DNA of 32,000 nucleotides from Candidatus Electronema halotolerans (GCA_942493095.1 OW818675.1:630001-662000); one strand, 5' to 3'. Shown: positions 17,867 through 27,030, counted from the first letter of the stretch. Numbers and translations are program-made. Notes: a model not told the origin generated them from the letters alone.

Positions 17867-18493
17867 TCAGGCAATGCTTGCCGCCGCCGAAGGATTTTCT
17901 GACAAGCTGTCCGCAGCAAACTCGGCCAGCCGCTGCCGCAGCTCGGCGCAGCCTTGGCCAGTCTTGGCGGAGAAAAGCAGCCGTTCTGCCGGGCGGATAT
18001 TCAAGGCCGCATCCAAAGCAGCGGCCTGCTTGGCCTGCTCATTGTTGGAGAGCTTGTCCGACTTGGTATAAACAATCAGATACGGCTTGCCATTGTCAGC
18101 CAGCCAGTCTGCCATGTCGCGGTCGAGCTTTTTCAGCTCGTGGCGCAGGTCAATGATCACCACCACGCAGGCCAAGGCCGCCCGGCTGAGAATGTAGCCG
18201 CTGATCAGCTCCTGCCAGGAATCACGGGTTTTCTGATCTTTCCGGGCAAAGCCGTAGCCGGGCAGATCAACTAAATGCAGCCCTCCCTCCACCTTGAAGA
18301 AGTTCAGACTCTCGGTTTTGCCAGGCTTGGAGCTGGTCTTGACCAAATTCTTGCGGTTGACCAACTTGTTGATCAGGCTGGATTTGCCCACGTTGGAACG
18401 CCCGGCAAAGGCGATTTCCGGCCAGAGCGGCTCTGGCAGCTTGTTCAGGCTATAGACCGAATCAAGAAAGGCAATTTTGGTGAAATCGATCAT
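17867..18493 (-). CDS. engB: YihA/EngB ribosome biogenesis GTPase
   Basis: PEIAFAGRSNVGKSSLINKLVNRKNLVKTSSKPGKTESLNFF, DLPGYGFA, YTKSDKL, FSAKTGQG. Confidence 0.96.
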   Translation of the reverse strand: MIDFTKIAFLDSVYSLNKLPEPLWPEIAFAGRSNVGKSSLINKLVNRKNLVKTSSKPGKTESLNFFKVEGGLHLVDLPGYGFARKDQKTRDSWQELISGYILSRAALACVVVIIDLRHELKKLDRDMADWLADNGKPYLIVYTKSDKLSNNEQAKQAAALDAALNIRPAERLLFSAKTGQGCAELRQRLAEFAADSLSENPSAAASIA

Positions 18494-19362
18494 ATCACCT
18501 TATTGAGCGGATATTCAATGATGCCAGCCGCGCCAAGTTTTTTCAGCTTGGGAATCAAGTCGCGCACTTGGTGCTCCGAAATGACGGTTTCCACAGAAAA
18601 CCACGGCTGTTTGTGCAGACGGGCCACAGTCGGAGCCGTGACGCTGGGCAGGATGGCGAGAATGTCATCAAAGCATTCCTCTGGCACGTTCATTTTCAGG
18701 CCGACAATCTTGTCCGCCCGCAGCGCGCCTTGCAGAAGCATGGCAATATGCTCAATCTTCTCCTTTTTCCACGGATCAGCAACAGCCTCTTTGCTGGCAA
18801 CAAGCTGCGTGTTGGACTGCATCAGCTCATGAATGACCCGCAGGCCATGCGCCCGGATCGTCGCTTCCGTCTCTGTCACTTCAACAATCGCGTCTGCCAG
18901 ACCAGAGACCACCTTAGCCTCGGTCGCGCCCCAAGAAAAGGAAATGTCAACCTTGAGGCCGCGCTGCTCAAAAAAGTTGCGGGTGACATTGACCAACTCA
19001 GTGGCGATCTTCTTGCCGTCCAAGTCCTCCACTTTGGTGATAGGCGAGTCGCCCGGCACGGCAAGCACCCAGCGGGTCGGCCTGCGGCTGACCTTGGAAT
19101 AAACCAAGTCTTCAATCACCACCACATCAGAGCCGTTCTCCAGCGTCCAGTCCTTGCCCGTGATGCCCGCATCCAACATGCCGTCCTCAATGTAGCGGGA
19201 CATCTCCTGCGGACGGCAGATGTACAGGGACAACTCCGGGTCGTCAACTTCCGGGAAATAGTTGCGGGAGGTCATGCTGATGTTCCAGCCCGATTTCTTG
19301 AACAGCGCAACAGTCGCCTGCTCCAAGCTGCCCTTGGGAATGCCTACTTTTAATACGTTCAT
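18490..19362 (-). CDS. hisG: ATP phosphoribosyltransferase, long form
   Basis: 290 aa; VGIPKGSLEQATVALFKKSGWNI, DAGITGKDW, KKIATELVNVTRNFFEQRG, GLADAIVEVTETEATIRAHGLRVI, plus C-terminal regulatory-like domain. Confidence 0.95.
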   Translation of the reverse strand: MNVLKVGIPKGSLEQATVALFKKSGWNISMTSRNYFPEVDDPELSLYICRPQEMSRYIEDGMLDAGITGKDWTLENGSDVVVIEDLVYSKVSRRPTRWVLAVPGDSPITKVEDLDGKKIATELVNVTRNFFEQRGLKVDISFSWGATEAKVVSGLADAIVEVTETEATIRAHGLRVIHELMQSNTQLVASKEAVADPWKKEKIEHIAMLLQGALRADKIVGLKMNVPEECFDDILAILPSVTAPTVARLHKQPWFSVETVISEHQVRDLIPKLKKLGAAGIIEYPLNKVI

Positions 19363-19439
19363 AAATACGCCTCAAATATATCGTCAGGACACAGTCTGCT
19401 GTGTCAAATGCAAGAATGACATGAAATTGCAACAGCTTA

Positions 19440-22400
19440 TTATTTACAGGATAAAAACCTGATCGTGTTTTTCATCTCATCAAGAACTTTAGCAAGCTCT
19501 GTGATGACGGCATCAATATCTTCCTCGCTGGTCTGATGCGACAAGGAAAAGCGCAGTGCGCAGTGCGCCTCCTCTGGACTTTTTCCCATAGCCGTCAACA
19601 CATGCGTTGGCTCTGGTGAACCAGATTTGCAGGCCGATCCTGAAGAAATTGCAATGCCGTGCTGATCAAGGGCTATGACAAGGGACTCTCCCCGAATGCC
19701 CGGAAAAGTCATGTTTAACGTATTCGGCAGCCGACATTGTTGATGGCCGTTGAGCTGCGCTTCAGGCACTATTGTGCTGATGCCTGCTTGCAGACGATCC
19801 CGCAAGACAGTCATTTTTTCCGCATCCTGCAATTGATACCGAGCCAACTCTGCCGCCTTGCCCAAACCAACTATTGCCGGAACATTTTCTGTGCCAGCTC
19901 GCAATTTGCTTTCCTGCTTTCCGCCATGAATAAGCGGCTCTAAGGTGATGCCTTTTTTCACATAAAGCGCGCCAACACCTTTTGGCGCATGGAACTTATG
20001 CCCTGAAAGACTGAGCAAATCAACATCAAGTTCGTTCACATCAACAGGTATTTTACCAATCGCTTGAACTGCATCAGTGTGAAAAAGCACCTTGTGGTGA
20101 TGAGCAATGGCCGCCAGTTCTTTAATCGGCAAGATAGTTCCGACCTCATTATTTGCCATCATGACAGAGACAAGAATGGTTTGGTCGGTAATCGCATTAT
20201 GCAATTGTTCTGGATCAATCCAGCCAGCATTGTCAACAGGCAGAAAGGTGATCTGGAAACCGCAGCGTTGCAAAAATTTGCAGGTTGCCAAAATAGCAGG
20301 ATGCTCAACCGTAGTCGTGATAATATGCCTGCCTTTCTCCTGATAAGCAAATGCTGCGCCTTTTAAGGCAAAGTTATCAGCTTCAGAGCCGCTGCCAGTA
20401 AAAATAATCCGCTGCGGCTTGACATTGATCAGGCGAGCGACCTGCCGCCGGGCATTTTCGACAGCCTCTTTGGCATCACGACCAGCCCGATAAATACTTG
20501 AAGGGTTGCCGTGCTGTTCGCCGTAAAAAGGCAGCATTGCAGCTTTTACAGATTCTGCAACTGCTGTTGTCGCATTATTGTCAAGATAAATACGCCGCTT
20601 GCAGGTTGCTGTCTCCTGCGGCGCAAACAACGAACATGCTTCAGATTTTCTTGCGGTACGTTTTCGAGCCTCTTCTGTTCCGGCTGCAATTTTGACAACT
20701 TCGCAGAGCAAGGCTTTATACACTGGAAAACCGGAAATTTCATCATAATTTGCAAGATCGGTCAACTCATTGACATTTGCCCTCTGCCAAGCCTCTGGCC
20801 CAACCGGCGTGCCGCCGCCCATGTTTGCCTCAATAGCCCCTTGGACTATATCATCTGTGACAACAGCGCGAAACGGAACACTTCCCCTTGGGCTGTGCAC
20901 CTCAACTAAATCGCCGGTTTGAATGCCTCTGGCTTGCGCATCTGCCGTGCTGATCTCGACGCAGGGTTCAGGATTTTCCTTGAGCAAACTGGGAACACCA
21001 TGATGCTGCGAGCGAAAATCTGTATGTGTTCTTGCCCCGGAGTTGAAAACAAGGGGAAAGGAACGGGCCAGTTCCGGGGCTGCCAATGGCCCTTCTTTTG
21101 GTTCCGTATATTTAGGAAGCGGCTCATAACCATACTCAGCAAGCACAGATGAGTAAATTTCAAATTTTCCGCTTGGTGTGTCAAAGCCTGGCTTGCCGTC
21201 CGGCCTGAGCGAGCCTTTTTCCCACTTTCTATATTCCATAGTCGGCGCAGATAATTGCACCATGCCTCCAGCTTTGCGGACTTCTTCCAAGGTGAAGCCG
21301 GAACCTTGCAAGGCAAAACGAATCATCTCTTCTTCTGATTGCGGAAAAAGTTCCCCGTAACCAAGTGTTTTAGCCAATTCCGCCATGATCAGATAATCAT
21401 TTCTCGCCTCGCCGACCGGCTCAATCAGTTTTTCTCGCAGACGAAAAATCGGCCCATAAACCATATAGGAATCTATTTCAAACATGGTGGTCGCAGGCAG
21501 GACAATATCCGCATAGGCCGCGTCTGCGGTGAACTGTCGATCAATACAGACAAGAAAATCAAGTTTGGCTAAGGTTTCCCGCCAGAGCGGAGTCTGCGGC
21601 CAAGAAGTAAGAATCGAGCCGCCGTCAATGATCAAGGCGCGAATCGGGTAGGGTTCTCCTTTGAGCACCGAGTCAACAAGGCCAATGGCATGAGATTCAC
21701 CCCGATATTTGCTGTAGAGCGGAAATGTATCTCTGGCAATCGCCCGGTCAAGTTTTGGATTTTTGAGATTGCAGGAATGGTTGATTGGAAAATGACTGTT
21801 CAGCATTGCCAGACCAATTCCGCCTGGAACGTCAAGCTGGCCAGCCAAGGCCCATGCGGTCAGCACTGCCCGAATAGCCTGAATGCCGCTGTTTGAATAT
21901 TCAAGACCGGTGTACATGACCGGAGCGCAGCCGGAAGCATGGGCGATTTTACGAGCAAGGGTACGAATGGTTTCTGCTGGAACACCCGTTATGAATGCTG
22001 CTGTTTCAGGCCGAAAATGCTGCACATAAGTTTTCAGTTCCGCAAAGCCATGACACCATTTCAAAGCAAAATTTTCATCAAACAGCTCTTCGTCAATGAG
22101 CACCTCGATAATGCTTAACGCCAAGGCTCCATCAGTGCCGGGACGAACAGGAATCCATTGCGCATTTGTCCGCGCAACAGTCTCGGTTCGGCGCGGGTCA
22201 ATAACAACAATTTCCACGCCCCGCTTTGCTGCCGCTTCAAGACGATACATGTCAAGAGGCGGCGAATCTGTGGCAGGATTGGCTCCCCAGACCACGATCA
22301 TTTCCGCATGTTCTATGTCAGTGAACATGTTGATCAGCATTCTGCCCATCGTCAGATGCGGAGCAATCATGGCGAATGAGACATAACAGAGGGCACCCAC

Positions 22401-22844
22401 GCCCATAGTGTTGGGCGAGCCAAACGGAAAAAGAATATTTGAAGCAGAGGAAACCGCACTGTCTTTAGGTTGATACATGTCGCAAAGCGACAGCTCAAAA
22501 GCTCCGCGACCTGTATAGACAGAAACAGCCTCTGGCCCTGATTCTTTTTTGATCTTTTGCAGTTGTTCGCCGATATGCGCATAGGCTTCATCCCAGGAGA
22601 TGCGCTCAAAGGAATATGTTCCCTTTGGCCCAGTGCGCCGCAGCGGATATTTCAGCCGGTGTTCTGAATAGATGATTTCAGAGGCATGTTCGCCCTTTCG
22701 GCAAATCATGCCGAGCGGATGGGAGGCATCAGGCTTTAGTTCGACAATTTTGCCATCTTTCAGTCCAGCTTCCACCCAGCATCCTGCCGGACAAATGCCG
22801 CATATACCTTTGCGATATTCAAGTTGCTCATGTTGTGAATTCAA
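19440..22844 (-). CDS. Fusion of bis-MGD molybdopterin oxidoreductase (N-term, 4Fe-4S) and class V cysteine desulfurase (C-term); candidate metallopterin-dependent ergothioneine synthase
   Basis: 1134 aa, TTG start at 22844 with SD AAGGAGG. N-term CGICPAGCWVEAG...GMICRKG, VVIDPRRTETVARTNAQWIPVRPGTDGALALS, ALIIDGGSILTSWPQ, SGARTHTDFRSQHHGVPSLLKENPEPCVEIS. C-term from about 20605: IYLDNNATTAVAESV, NPSSIYRAGRDAKEAVENAR, LSLSGHKFHAPKGVGALYV (PLP Lys), ISSGSACKSGSPEPTHVL (catalytic Cys loop). Confidence 0.92.
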   Translation of the reverse strand: MNSQHEQLEYRKGICGICPAGCWVEAGLKDGKIVELKPDASHPLGMICRKGEHASEIIYSEHRLKYPLRRTGPKGTYSFERISWDEAYAHIGEQLQKIKKESGPEAVSVYTGRGAFELSLCDMYQPKDSAVSSASNILFPFGSPNTMGVGALCYVSFAMIAPHLTMGRMLINMFTDIEHAEMIVVWGANPATDSPPLDMYRLEAAAKRGVEIVVIDPRRTETVARTNAQWIPVRPGTDGALALSIIEVLIDEELFDENFALKWCHGFAELKTYVQHFRPETAAFITGVPAETIRTLARKIAHASGCAPVMYTGLEYSNSGIQAIRAVLTAWALAGQLDVPGGIGLAMLNSHFPINHSCNLKNPKLDRAIARDTFPLYSKYRGESHAIGLVDSVLKGEPYPIRALIIDGGSILTSWPQTPLWRETLAKLDFLVCIDRQFTADAAYADIVLPATTMFEIDSYMVYGPIFRLREKLIEPVGEARNDYLIMAELAKTLGYGELFPQSEEEMIRFALQGSGFTLEEVRKAGGMVQLSAPTMEYRKWEKGSLRPDGKPGFDTPSGKFEIYSSVLAEYGYEPLPKYTEPKEGPLAAPELARSFPLVFNSGARTHTDFRSQHHGVPSLLKENPEPCVEISTADAQARGIQTGDLVEVHSPRGSVPFRAVVTDDIVQGAIEANMGGGTPVGPEAWQRANVNELTDLANYDEISGFPVYKALLCEVVKIAAGTEEARKRTARKSEACSLFAPQETATCKRRIYLDNNATTAVAESVKAAMLPFYGEQHGNPSSIYRAGRDAKEAVENARRQVARLINVKPQRIIFTGSGSEADNFALKGAAFAYQEKGRHIITTTVEHPAILATCKFLQRCGFQITFLPVDNAGWIDPEQLHNAITDQTILVSVMMANNEVGTILPIKELAAIAHHHKVLFHTDAVQAIGKIPVDVNELDVDLLSLSGHKFHAPKGVGALYVKKGITLEPLIHGGKQESKLRAGTENVPAIVGLGKAAELARYQLQDAEKMTVLRDRLQAGISTIVPEAQLNGHQQCRLPNTLNMTFPGIRGESLVIALDQHGIAISSGSACKSGSPEPTHVLTAMGKSPEEAHCALRFSLSHQTSEEDIDAVITELAKVLDEMKNTIRFLSCK

Positions 22845-22893
22845 GAGATGCCTCCTTGCGTATTGTTGCTTGTATTTTTTTTATTATCAATTG

Positions 22894-22905
22894 GTTGTCA
22901 ACAGG
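22894..22905 (-). promoter_or_regulatory. Operator-like motif copy A (CCTGTTGACAAC on minus strand)
   Basis: GTTGTCAACAGG on + strand; exact 12-nt reverse complement of part of the 23023-23037 palindrome. Confidence 0.5.
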
Positions 22906-23022
22906 ACAGCTCGTCTGTGCCTCATTATGGCATCAATACTCTCTGATAGCAACATTTTTTTCATCAAGGATATTGACTTTTGAGTTTCTTTGGGGTATTA
23001 AAATGTCTATTGGAAATTTGCT

Positions 23023-23037
23023 CCTGTTGACAACAGG
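23023..23037 (+). promoter_or_regulatory. Operator-like perfect palindrome copy B (CCTGTTG-A-CAACAGG)
   Basis: 15-nt palindrome 18 nt upstream of the first possible start of the egtD-like gene; shares 12 nt with copy A. Confidence 0.5.
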
Positions 23038-23072
23038 ACAATGCTTGCCTCAATATGATTAAGGAGATAGAA

Positions 23073-24080
23073 ATGCAGAATATGCACGTAGCTGATAATC
23101 AAAAAAATCGTCTGAATTTTATGACGTTGGAGCAATTTGACAACCATGAGGATTTCAAAAATCATGTGCTGGATGGCTTCCGGTCTGATCCAAAATCACT
23201 TGCAAGTCACTGTTTTTACAACCATGAAGGTTCGTCAATTTTTGACAAAATATGTGCGTTGCCTGAGTACTATCTGACAAGATCAGAAATAGATATCCTT
23301 GAAAACAGGACTGAGGAGATTGTTGCTGAAATCCCTGAAGAGGGAATTATTGCCGAGCTTGGCAATGGAAGCCCTTTAAAAATAAAAAAAATTCTTGACC
23401 GCCTTTTTGAGCGTCAAGAGGATGTTCATTATGCGCCTATAGATATTTCATGCGATTACATGAAAAAAAGTGTTCTGGAGTTAGTTGAAACATACCCAAA
23501 TCTTTCAGTTACCGCGATTGGCGGAAAGTACGAAAGAGGCATCCAGTTTCTGGAAAAAACAGAGACACCTAAAACTATTTTATGGCTCGGTTCAAGTATT
23601 GGTAATATGCCTGACGATGAAGCTGTAAAATTTCTTTCAAGAATCAGCAAGATGATGCGACCAAAAGATTGTTTCATCATTGGAATGGATTTAGAAAAGG
23701 ATTGGGATATGATCAAAGAAGCTTATGATGATCAACAAGGCGTTACTGCTGAATTCAACATGAATATTCTCAAGAGAATAAATGAAGAATTAAAAGCTGA
23801 TTTTGATATTGACTCTTTCAGGCATGATCCAGTGTGCAATATCAAAGAGTCAAGGATGGAATCCTATCTCACCAGCGTTAAAGATCAAAATGTATTTTTA
23901 CGATCTCTTGATTTGAAAATTCCATTTAAAAAGAACGAAAGCGTTCACGTGGAAGTTTCTTGCAAGTATTCAGAGGACAAAATTAAAAGGATGGCAAAAC
24001 AATCTGGTTTGCATCTTGACCGGCAATGGTTTGACAGCAACAAGTGGTTCAGCTTGAATCTTTTCCGAACTGAAAGATAA
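23073..24080 (+). CDS. egtD: EgtD-like histidine N-alpha-methyltransferase (SAM-dependent)
   Basis: ATG 23073 with SD AAGGAG at 23061; ALPEYYLTRSEIDILENRTEEI, IAELGNGSPLKIKKILDRL, YAPIDISCDYMKKSV, TILWLGSSIGNMPDDEAVKFL, DLEKDWDMIKEAYDDQQGVTAEFNMNILKRINEEL, HVEVSCKYSEDKIKRMAKQSGL, WFSLNLF. Confidence 0.9.
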   Translation: MQNMHVADNQKNRLNFMTLEQFDNHEDFKNHVLDGFRSDPKSLASHCFYNHEGSSIFDKICALPEYYLTRSEIDILENRTEEIVAEIPEEGIIAELGNGSPLKIKKILDRLFERQEDVHYAPIDISCDYMKKSVLELVETYPNLSVTAIGGKYERGIQFLEKTETPKTILWLGSSIGNMPDDEAVKFLSRISKMMRPKDCFIIGMDLEKDWDMIKEAYDDQQGVTAEFNMNILKRINEELKADFDIDSFRHDPVCNIKESRMESYLTSVKDQNVFLRSLDLKIPFKKNESVHVEVSCKYSEDKIKRMAKQSGLHLDRQWFDSNKWFSLNLFRTER

Positions 24081-24154
24081 TCCCGCTGAAATCCTCACTC
24101 GTATTCATCTTTTGCCGCTTACGGAAGGCGAATGTGCGCAATCGGCTCTGGGAC

Positions 24155-24227
24155 ATCAACCGGGAAATCGTTGCGGGAGGTCATGGTGATGTTCCAGTCC
24201 GATTTTTTGAACAGCGCAACAGTTCCG
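24155..24227 (-). pseudogene. hisG: hisG 5' remnant (direct repeat of the hisG N-terminal coding region)
   Basis: 24169-24225 GTTGCGGGAGGTCATGgTGATGTTCCAGtCCGATTTtTTGAACAGCGCAACAGT vs 19261 onward with only a few mismatches; encodes TVALFKKSDWNITMTSRNDFP vs TVALFKKSGWNISMTSRNYFP. Confidence 0.85.
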
Positions 24228-24248
24228 CCGCTGCCTTCATAAAAAATT

Positions 24249-24740
24249 TTACGGAGAGACTTTTCGCCCGTGTTCCCATTGTTCTTCGTGCGAGGAACCG
24301 TCTTCTGCCGTGAATATTCCTTTGCCGTGCTTTTTACCATTTTCCCAGCCGCCTGAGTATCGGGTGCCGTCAGGGTAATTCATGGTGCCGCTGCCGTTCG
24401 GGCGATTGTCCTGCAAGTCACCGACATAGTTATACCCTGCTGCCGTGGTCACAGTGCAGTTGCGCTGACATTGCCCTTCCTCCATCACGCCTTTCAAGGT
24501 CAGAAAGAGCTTGCCCTTTGCATACCAGCGCAGAATTCCCGGCCCGTCCGCCTTGCCGTCCTTGCAGGCGCCTTCCCAAGAAACGGATTCATCAGGAATC
24601 GGGCGGGGATTCCTGATCTGGCAGCCGGTTTTCTGATCAGCAATCCAGCTTGGTTCAGCATAAGCAGGGTTGAAGGCGGAGAAAAGGAAGAAAAGCAGCA
24701 GAATAGTATGAATGCTGAAATATCTCTTGGTGTTTTTCAT
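24249..24740 (-). CDS. Secreted MORN-repeat protein
   Basis: Signal-like N-term YFSIHTILLLFFLFSAFNPAYA; MORN-type units GYNYVGDLQDNRPNGSGTMNYPDGTRYSGGWENGKKHGKGIFTAEDG. Confidence 0.8.
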   Translation of the reverse strand: MKNTKRYFSIHTILLLFFLFSAFNPAYAEPSWIADQKTGCQIRNPRPIPDESVSWEGACKDGKADGPGILRWYAKGKLFLTLKGVMEEGQCQRNCTVTTAAGYNYVGDLQDNRPNGSGTMNYPDGTRYSGGWENGKKHGKGIFTAEDGSSHEEQWEHGRKVSP

Positions 24741-24846
24741 TGCGCTTTCATCTTACAGAAGCATCTTCCGAGCATTGCGGCTCGGCTCCCGTTCCCTGGA
24801 ACACAGTTTATCTGTTCAACAGCAAAAAGCAAGCATTGCAAGCCAA

Positions 24847-27030
24847 TCACACGAGCGTGCCGGTGAAATTGCCGGTGAGCAGCTCCGGCGGGCGACCTGT
24901 GCGCTGGCCGCTGCTCCGGCCCAGCAGGCTGCTGACGATTGCCGCTTCCTTCCTGACCCCTGCGCTGAGGTCTAAGACAAAGAAATCCAGCCCGATTGCC
25001 GCCAGCTCCTGCCGCTGATGGAGCAGAGAGAAAGGCTGCGCGGCCCGCGCCACAGTCAGGCTGCCCTGCTGCTCGATAAAGAACCGCTCCTGCTTGGGGC
25101 TGAGAAAGGGCTGCTGCCAGCGGAAATGACTGCTTGCCAAGCGTGAGGTGAAAAGCGGCGGGCGGCCATAGGCGTACAGGCCGAGGCGCAGTTTTGCGCC
25201 GCCGCGCTGGCGGAAATGGCGGAGTGCAGCAGTCAAGGTCGCTGCCTCGCTTTCCACGGAAAAGATGGCTGCGCTGAGACCAGGCAGTTGCGCGGCAGCA
25301 TTCAGAGCGGCGGAATTGAGCAGGTTGAGCATGTATTGACCGCAGAGTTCCAGTCCCTTGCGCGCCGGAAGAAGAGCGGTCTGGCTGCAATGGCCGATGC
25401 TGAAGCGGAGCCAGCCAGCTGCGGTCAGGCGTTTGATCTGCTCTGCTGCCCAGACCAGCTCGGCCTCGTGCAAGATTGGCGGCAGCTGCCAGACGATCTT
25501 CGCCTGTACCTTGCGCAACCCACCGAGCTGGCGCAGATTGGTCCGGTTCAGGGGCAGAAGAATGCGCTGCGGCGTGATTGGCAGTCGTTCGCGCAGATCA
25601 GCCGGACTGGCCAAGACCACCCAGCAGGGCAGTTCCGGCAGCCGTTCTTTTTTGCGGCCAGCAGGAGGATTTCTCCGAATTTTTGTCTCTTCCTGCCAAG
25701 CGAGCTGACGGAGCAGCTGGCTGACTTTCTTCTTATTCGGCAGCACCTTGACTTGGGCCAGCTCCTTGCTCCGCCGCCGACCGCTTCGCTCCGCTGCCAG
25801 CCGTCCTTCAACATCAACCCGGAACAGGCTGCCCTGAAATCCTTGTCCGAACTGCGCCACCGCCTCAGTCAGCAGAACAATCTGCGCCGCTTCTCCGGCT
25901 TGGGCAGTCTGCCGCTGCTGTCCAGCCACAGTCAAGTCGCGCAGGGTGAAACTGATCCGTGCCCCGCCAGTTTCGTCATGCAGGCGGAGCCGGTCGCCTC
26001 TGCGCACCGCTGTTGTCAAAGTCAAGGTGAGCAGGAGCCGAGTTCTGCCGTTCTTGGCCTGTTCCTGCGCAAACCTGCTGATTTTCCCCAAAAGCAGGCC
26101 GCTGCTGCCAGACTGCTCCGGGCTGACCGCCTCAGCAGGATTTGGCGACAGCAGATAGCCGCTGGAGCGTGTCCGGCCCATTGCCTCGTCAAGCAGCTCG
26201 TGCGCCCTGCTCAGAACATCGCGGCGCAGCTCGTCCGGCTGGTCAAGGCTGTCAATGGCCATCCGGTAGGCGGCAGTGACGCTGCCCACATAATGCGCGC
26301 TTTTCAGGCGGCCTTCGATCTTCAGACAGGTCACGCCTGCTTGGCGCAGCTCCGGCAGCAGATCAATGCCGCAGAGATCATTCATGGAAAAGAAATAGCC
26401 AGACGGCCCGGCCTGCTTCTTTGCCGCAGCCTGCCAGCTGTAGCGGCGGCGGCAGGGCTGGACGCACTGACCGCGCAGACTCGATTTGCCGCCGTGCAGG
26501 CTGGAAAAAAGGCACAGCCCGGAATAGCTGAAGCACATGGCCCCGTGGACAAAGACCTCCAGCTCGGCTTTGGTCTGGCGATGCACTGCCGCGATTTCCT
26601 CAATTGTCATCTCCCGTGCCAGCACCACCCGTGAGCAACCAAGCCGGGTCAGCTCTTCAGCGGCGAGTGAATTATGCACAGAGAGCAGGGTTGAAGCATG
26701 CAGCGGCAGGCTGGGAAAATGAGCGCGGGCAAGCTGGAGCAGGCCAATATCCTGAACAATCAGGGCATCCGGGCGCAGGCTCTCAAAGCAGGACAGGGCC
26801 TCCAGCGCGGCAGGCAGCTCCTCCTCCTTGACCAAGCTGTTCATGGCCACATAGACCCGACTGCCAAGGCCATGCGCCTGCTCAATCATTGAGCCAATCT
26901 CGGCAAAGGTGAAGTCGCGGCTCAGGGCGCGGGCATTGAAGCCGGGCGCGCCGACATAGACCGCATCAGCTCCAGCTTCAAGAGCAGCCTCAAAAGCGGG
27001 AAAACTGCCTGCCGGGGAGAGAAGTTCCAT
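24847..27030 (-). CDS. U32-family peptidase-like protein (YhbU/YdcP/TrhP-type, probable tRNA/rRNA hydroxylation-related)
   Basis: Probable start ATG 27030 (MELLSPAGSFPAFEAALEAGADAVYVG), VFVHGAMCFSYSGLCLFSSLHGGKSSLRGQCVQPCRRRY, DLCGIDLLPELRQAGVTCLKIEGRLKSAHYV. Track ORF is over-extended to 27171. Confidence 0.9.
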   Translation of the reverse strand: MELLSPAGSFPAFEAALEAGADAVYVGAPGFNARALSRDFTFAEIGSMIEQAHGLGSRVYVAMNSLVKEEELPAALEALSCFESLRPDALIVQDIGLLQLARAHFPSLPLHASTLLSVHNSLAAEELTRLGCSRVVLAREMTIEEIAAVHRQTKAELEVFVHGAMCFSYSGLCLFSSLHGGKSSLRGQCVQPCRRRYSWQAAAKKQAGPSGYFFSMNDLCGIDLLPELRQAGVTCLKIEGRLKSAHYVGSVTAAYRMAIDSLDQPDELRRDVLSRAHELLDEAMGRTRSSGYLLSPNPAEAVSPEQSGSSGLLLGKISRFAQEQAKNGRTRLLLTLTLTTAVRRGDRLRLHDETGGARISFTLRDLTVAGQQRQTAQAGEAAQIVLLTEAVAQFGQGFQGSLFRVDVEGRLAAERSGRRRSKELAQVKVLPNKKKVSQLLRQLAWQEETKIRRNPPAGRKKERLPELPCWVVLASPADLRERLPITPQRILLPLNRTNLRQLGGLRKVQAKIVWQLPPILHEAELVWAAEQIKRLTAAGWLRFSIGHCSQTALLPARKGLELCGQYMLNLLNSAALNAAAQLPGLSAAIFSVESEAATLTAALRHFRQRGGAKLRLGLYAYGRPPLFTSRLASSHFRWQQPFLSPKQERFFIEQQGSLTVARAAQPFSLLHQRQELAAIGLDFFVLDLSAGVRKEAAIVSSLLGRSSGQRTGRPPELLTGNFTGTLV

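Noticed and set aside
24119-24340. 73-aa ORF that might be a small novel protein
   Set aside because: Its C-terminal half is a degraded HisG N-terminus; reported as a hisG remnant instead.
25216-26634. 472-aa plus-strand ORF
   Set aside because: Antisense to the U32-family gene; low-complexity composition, no recognisable motifs.
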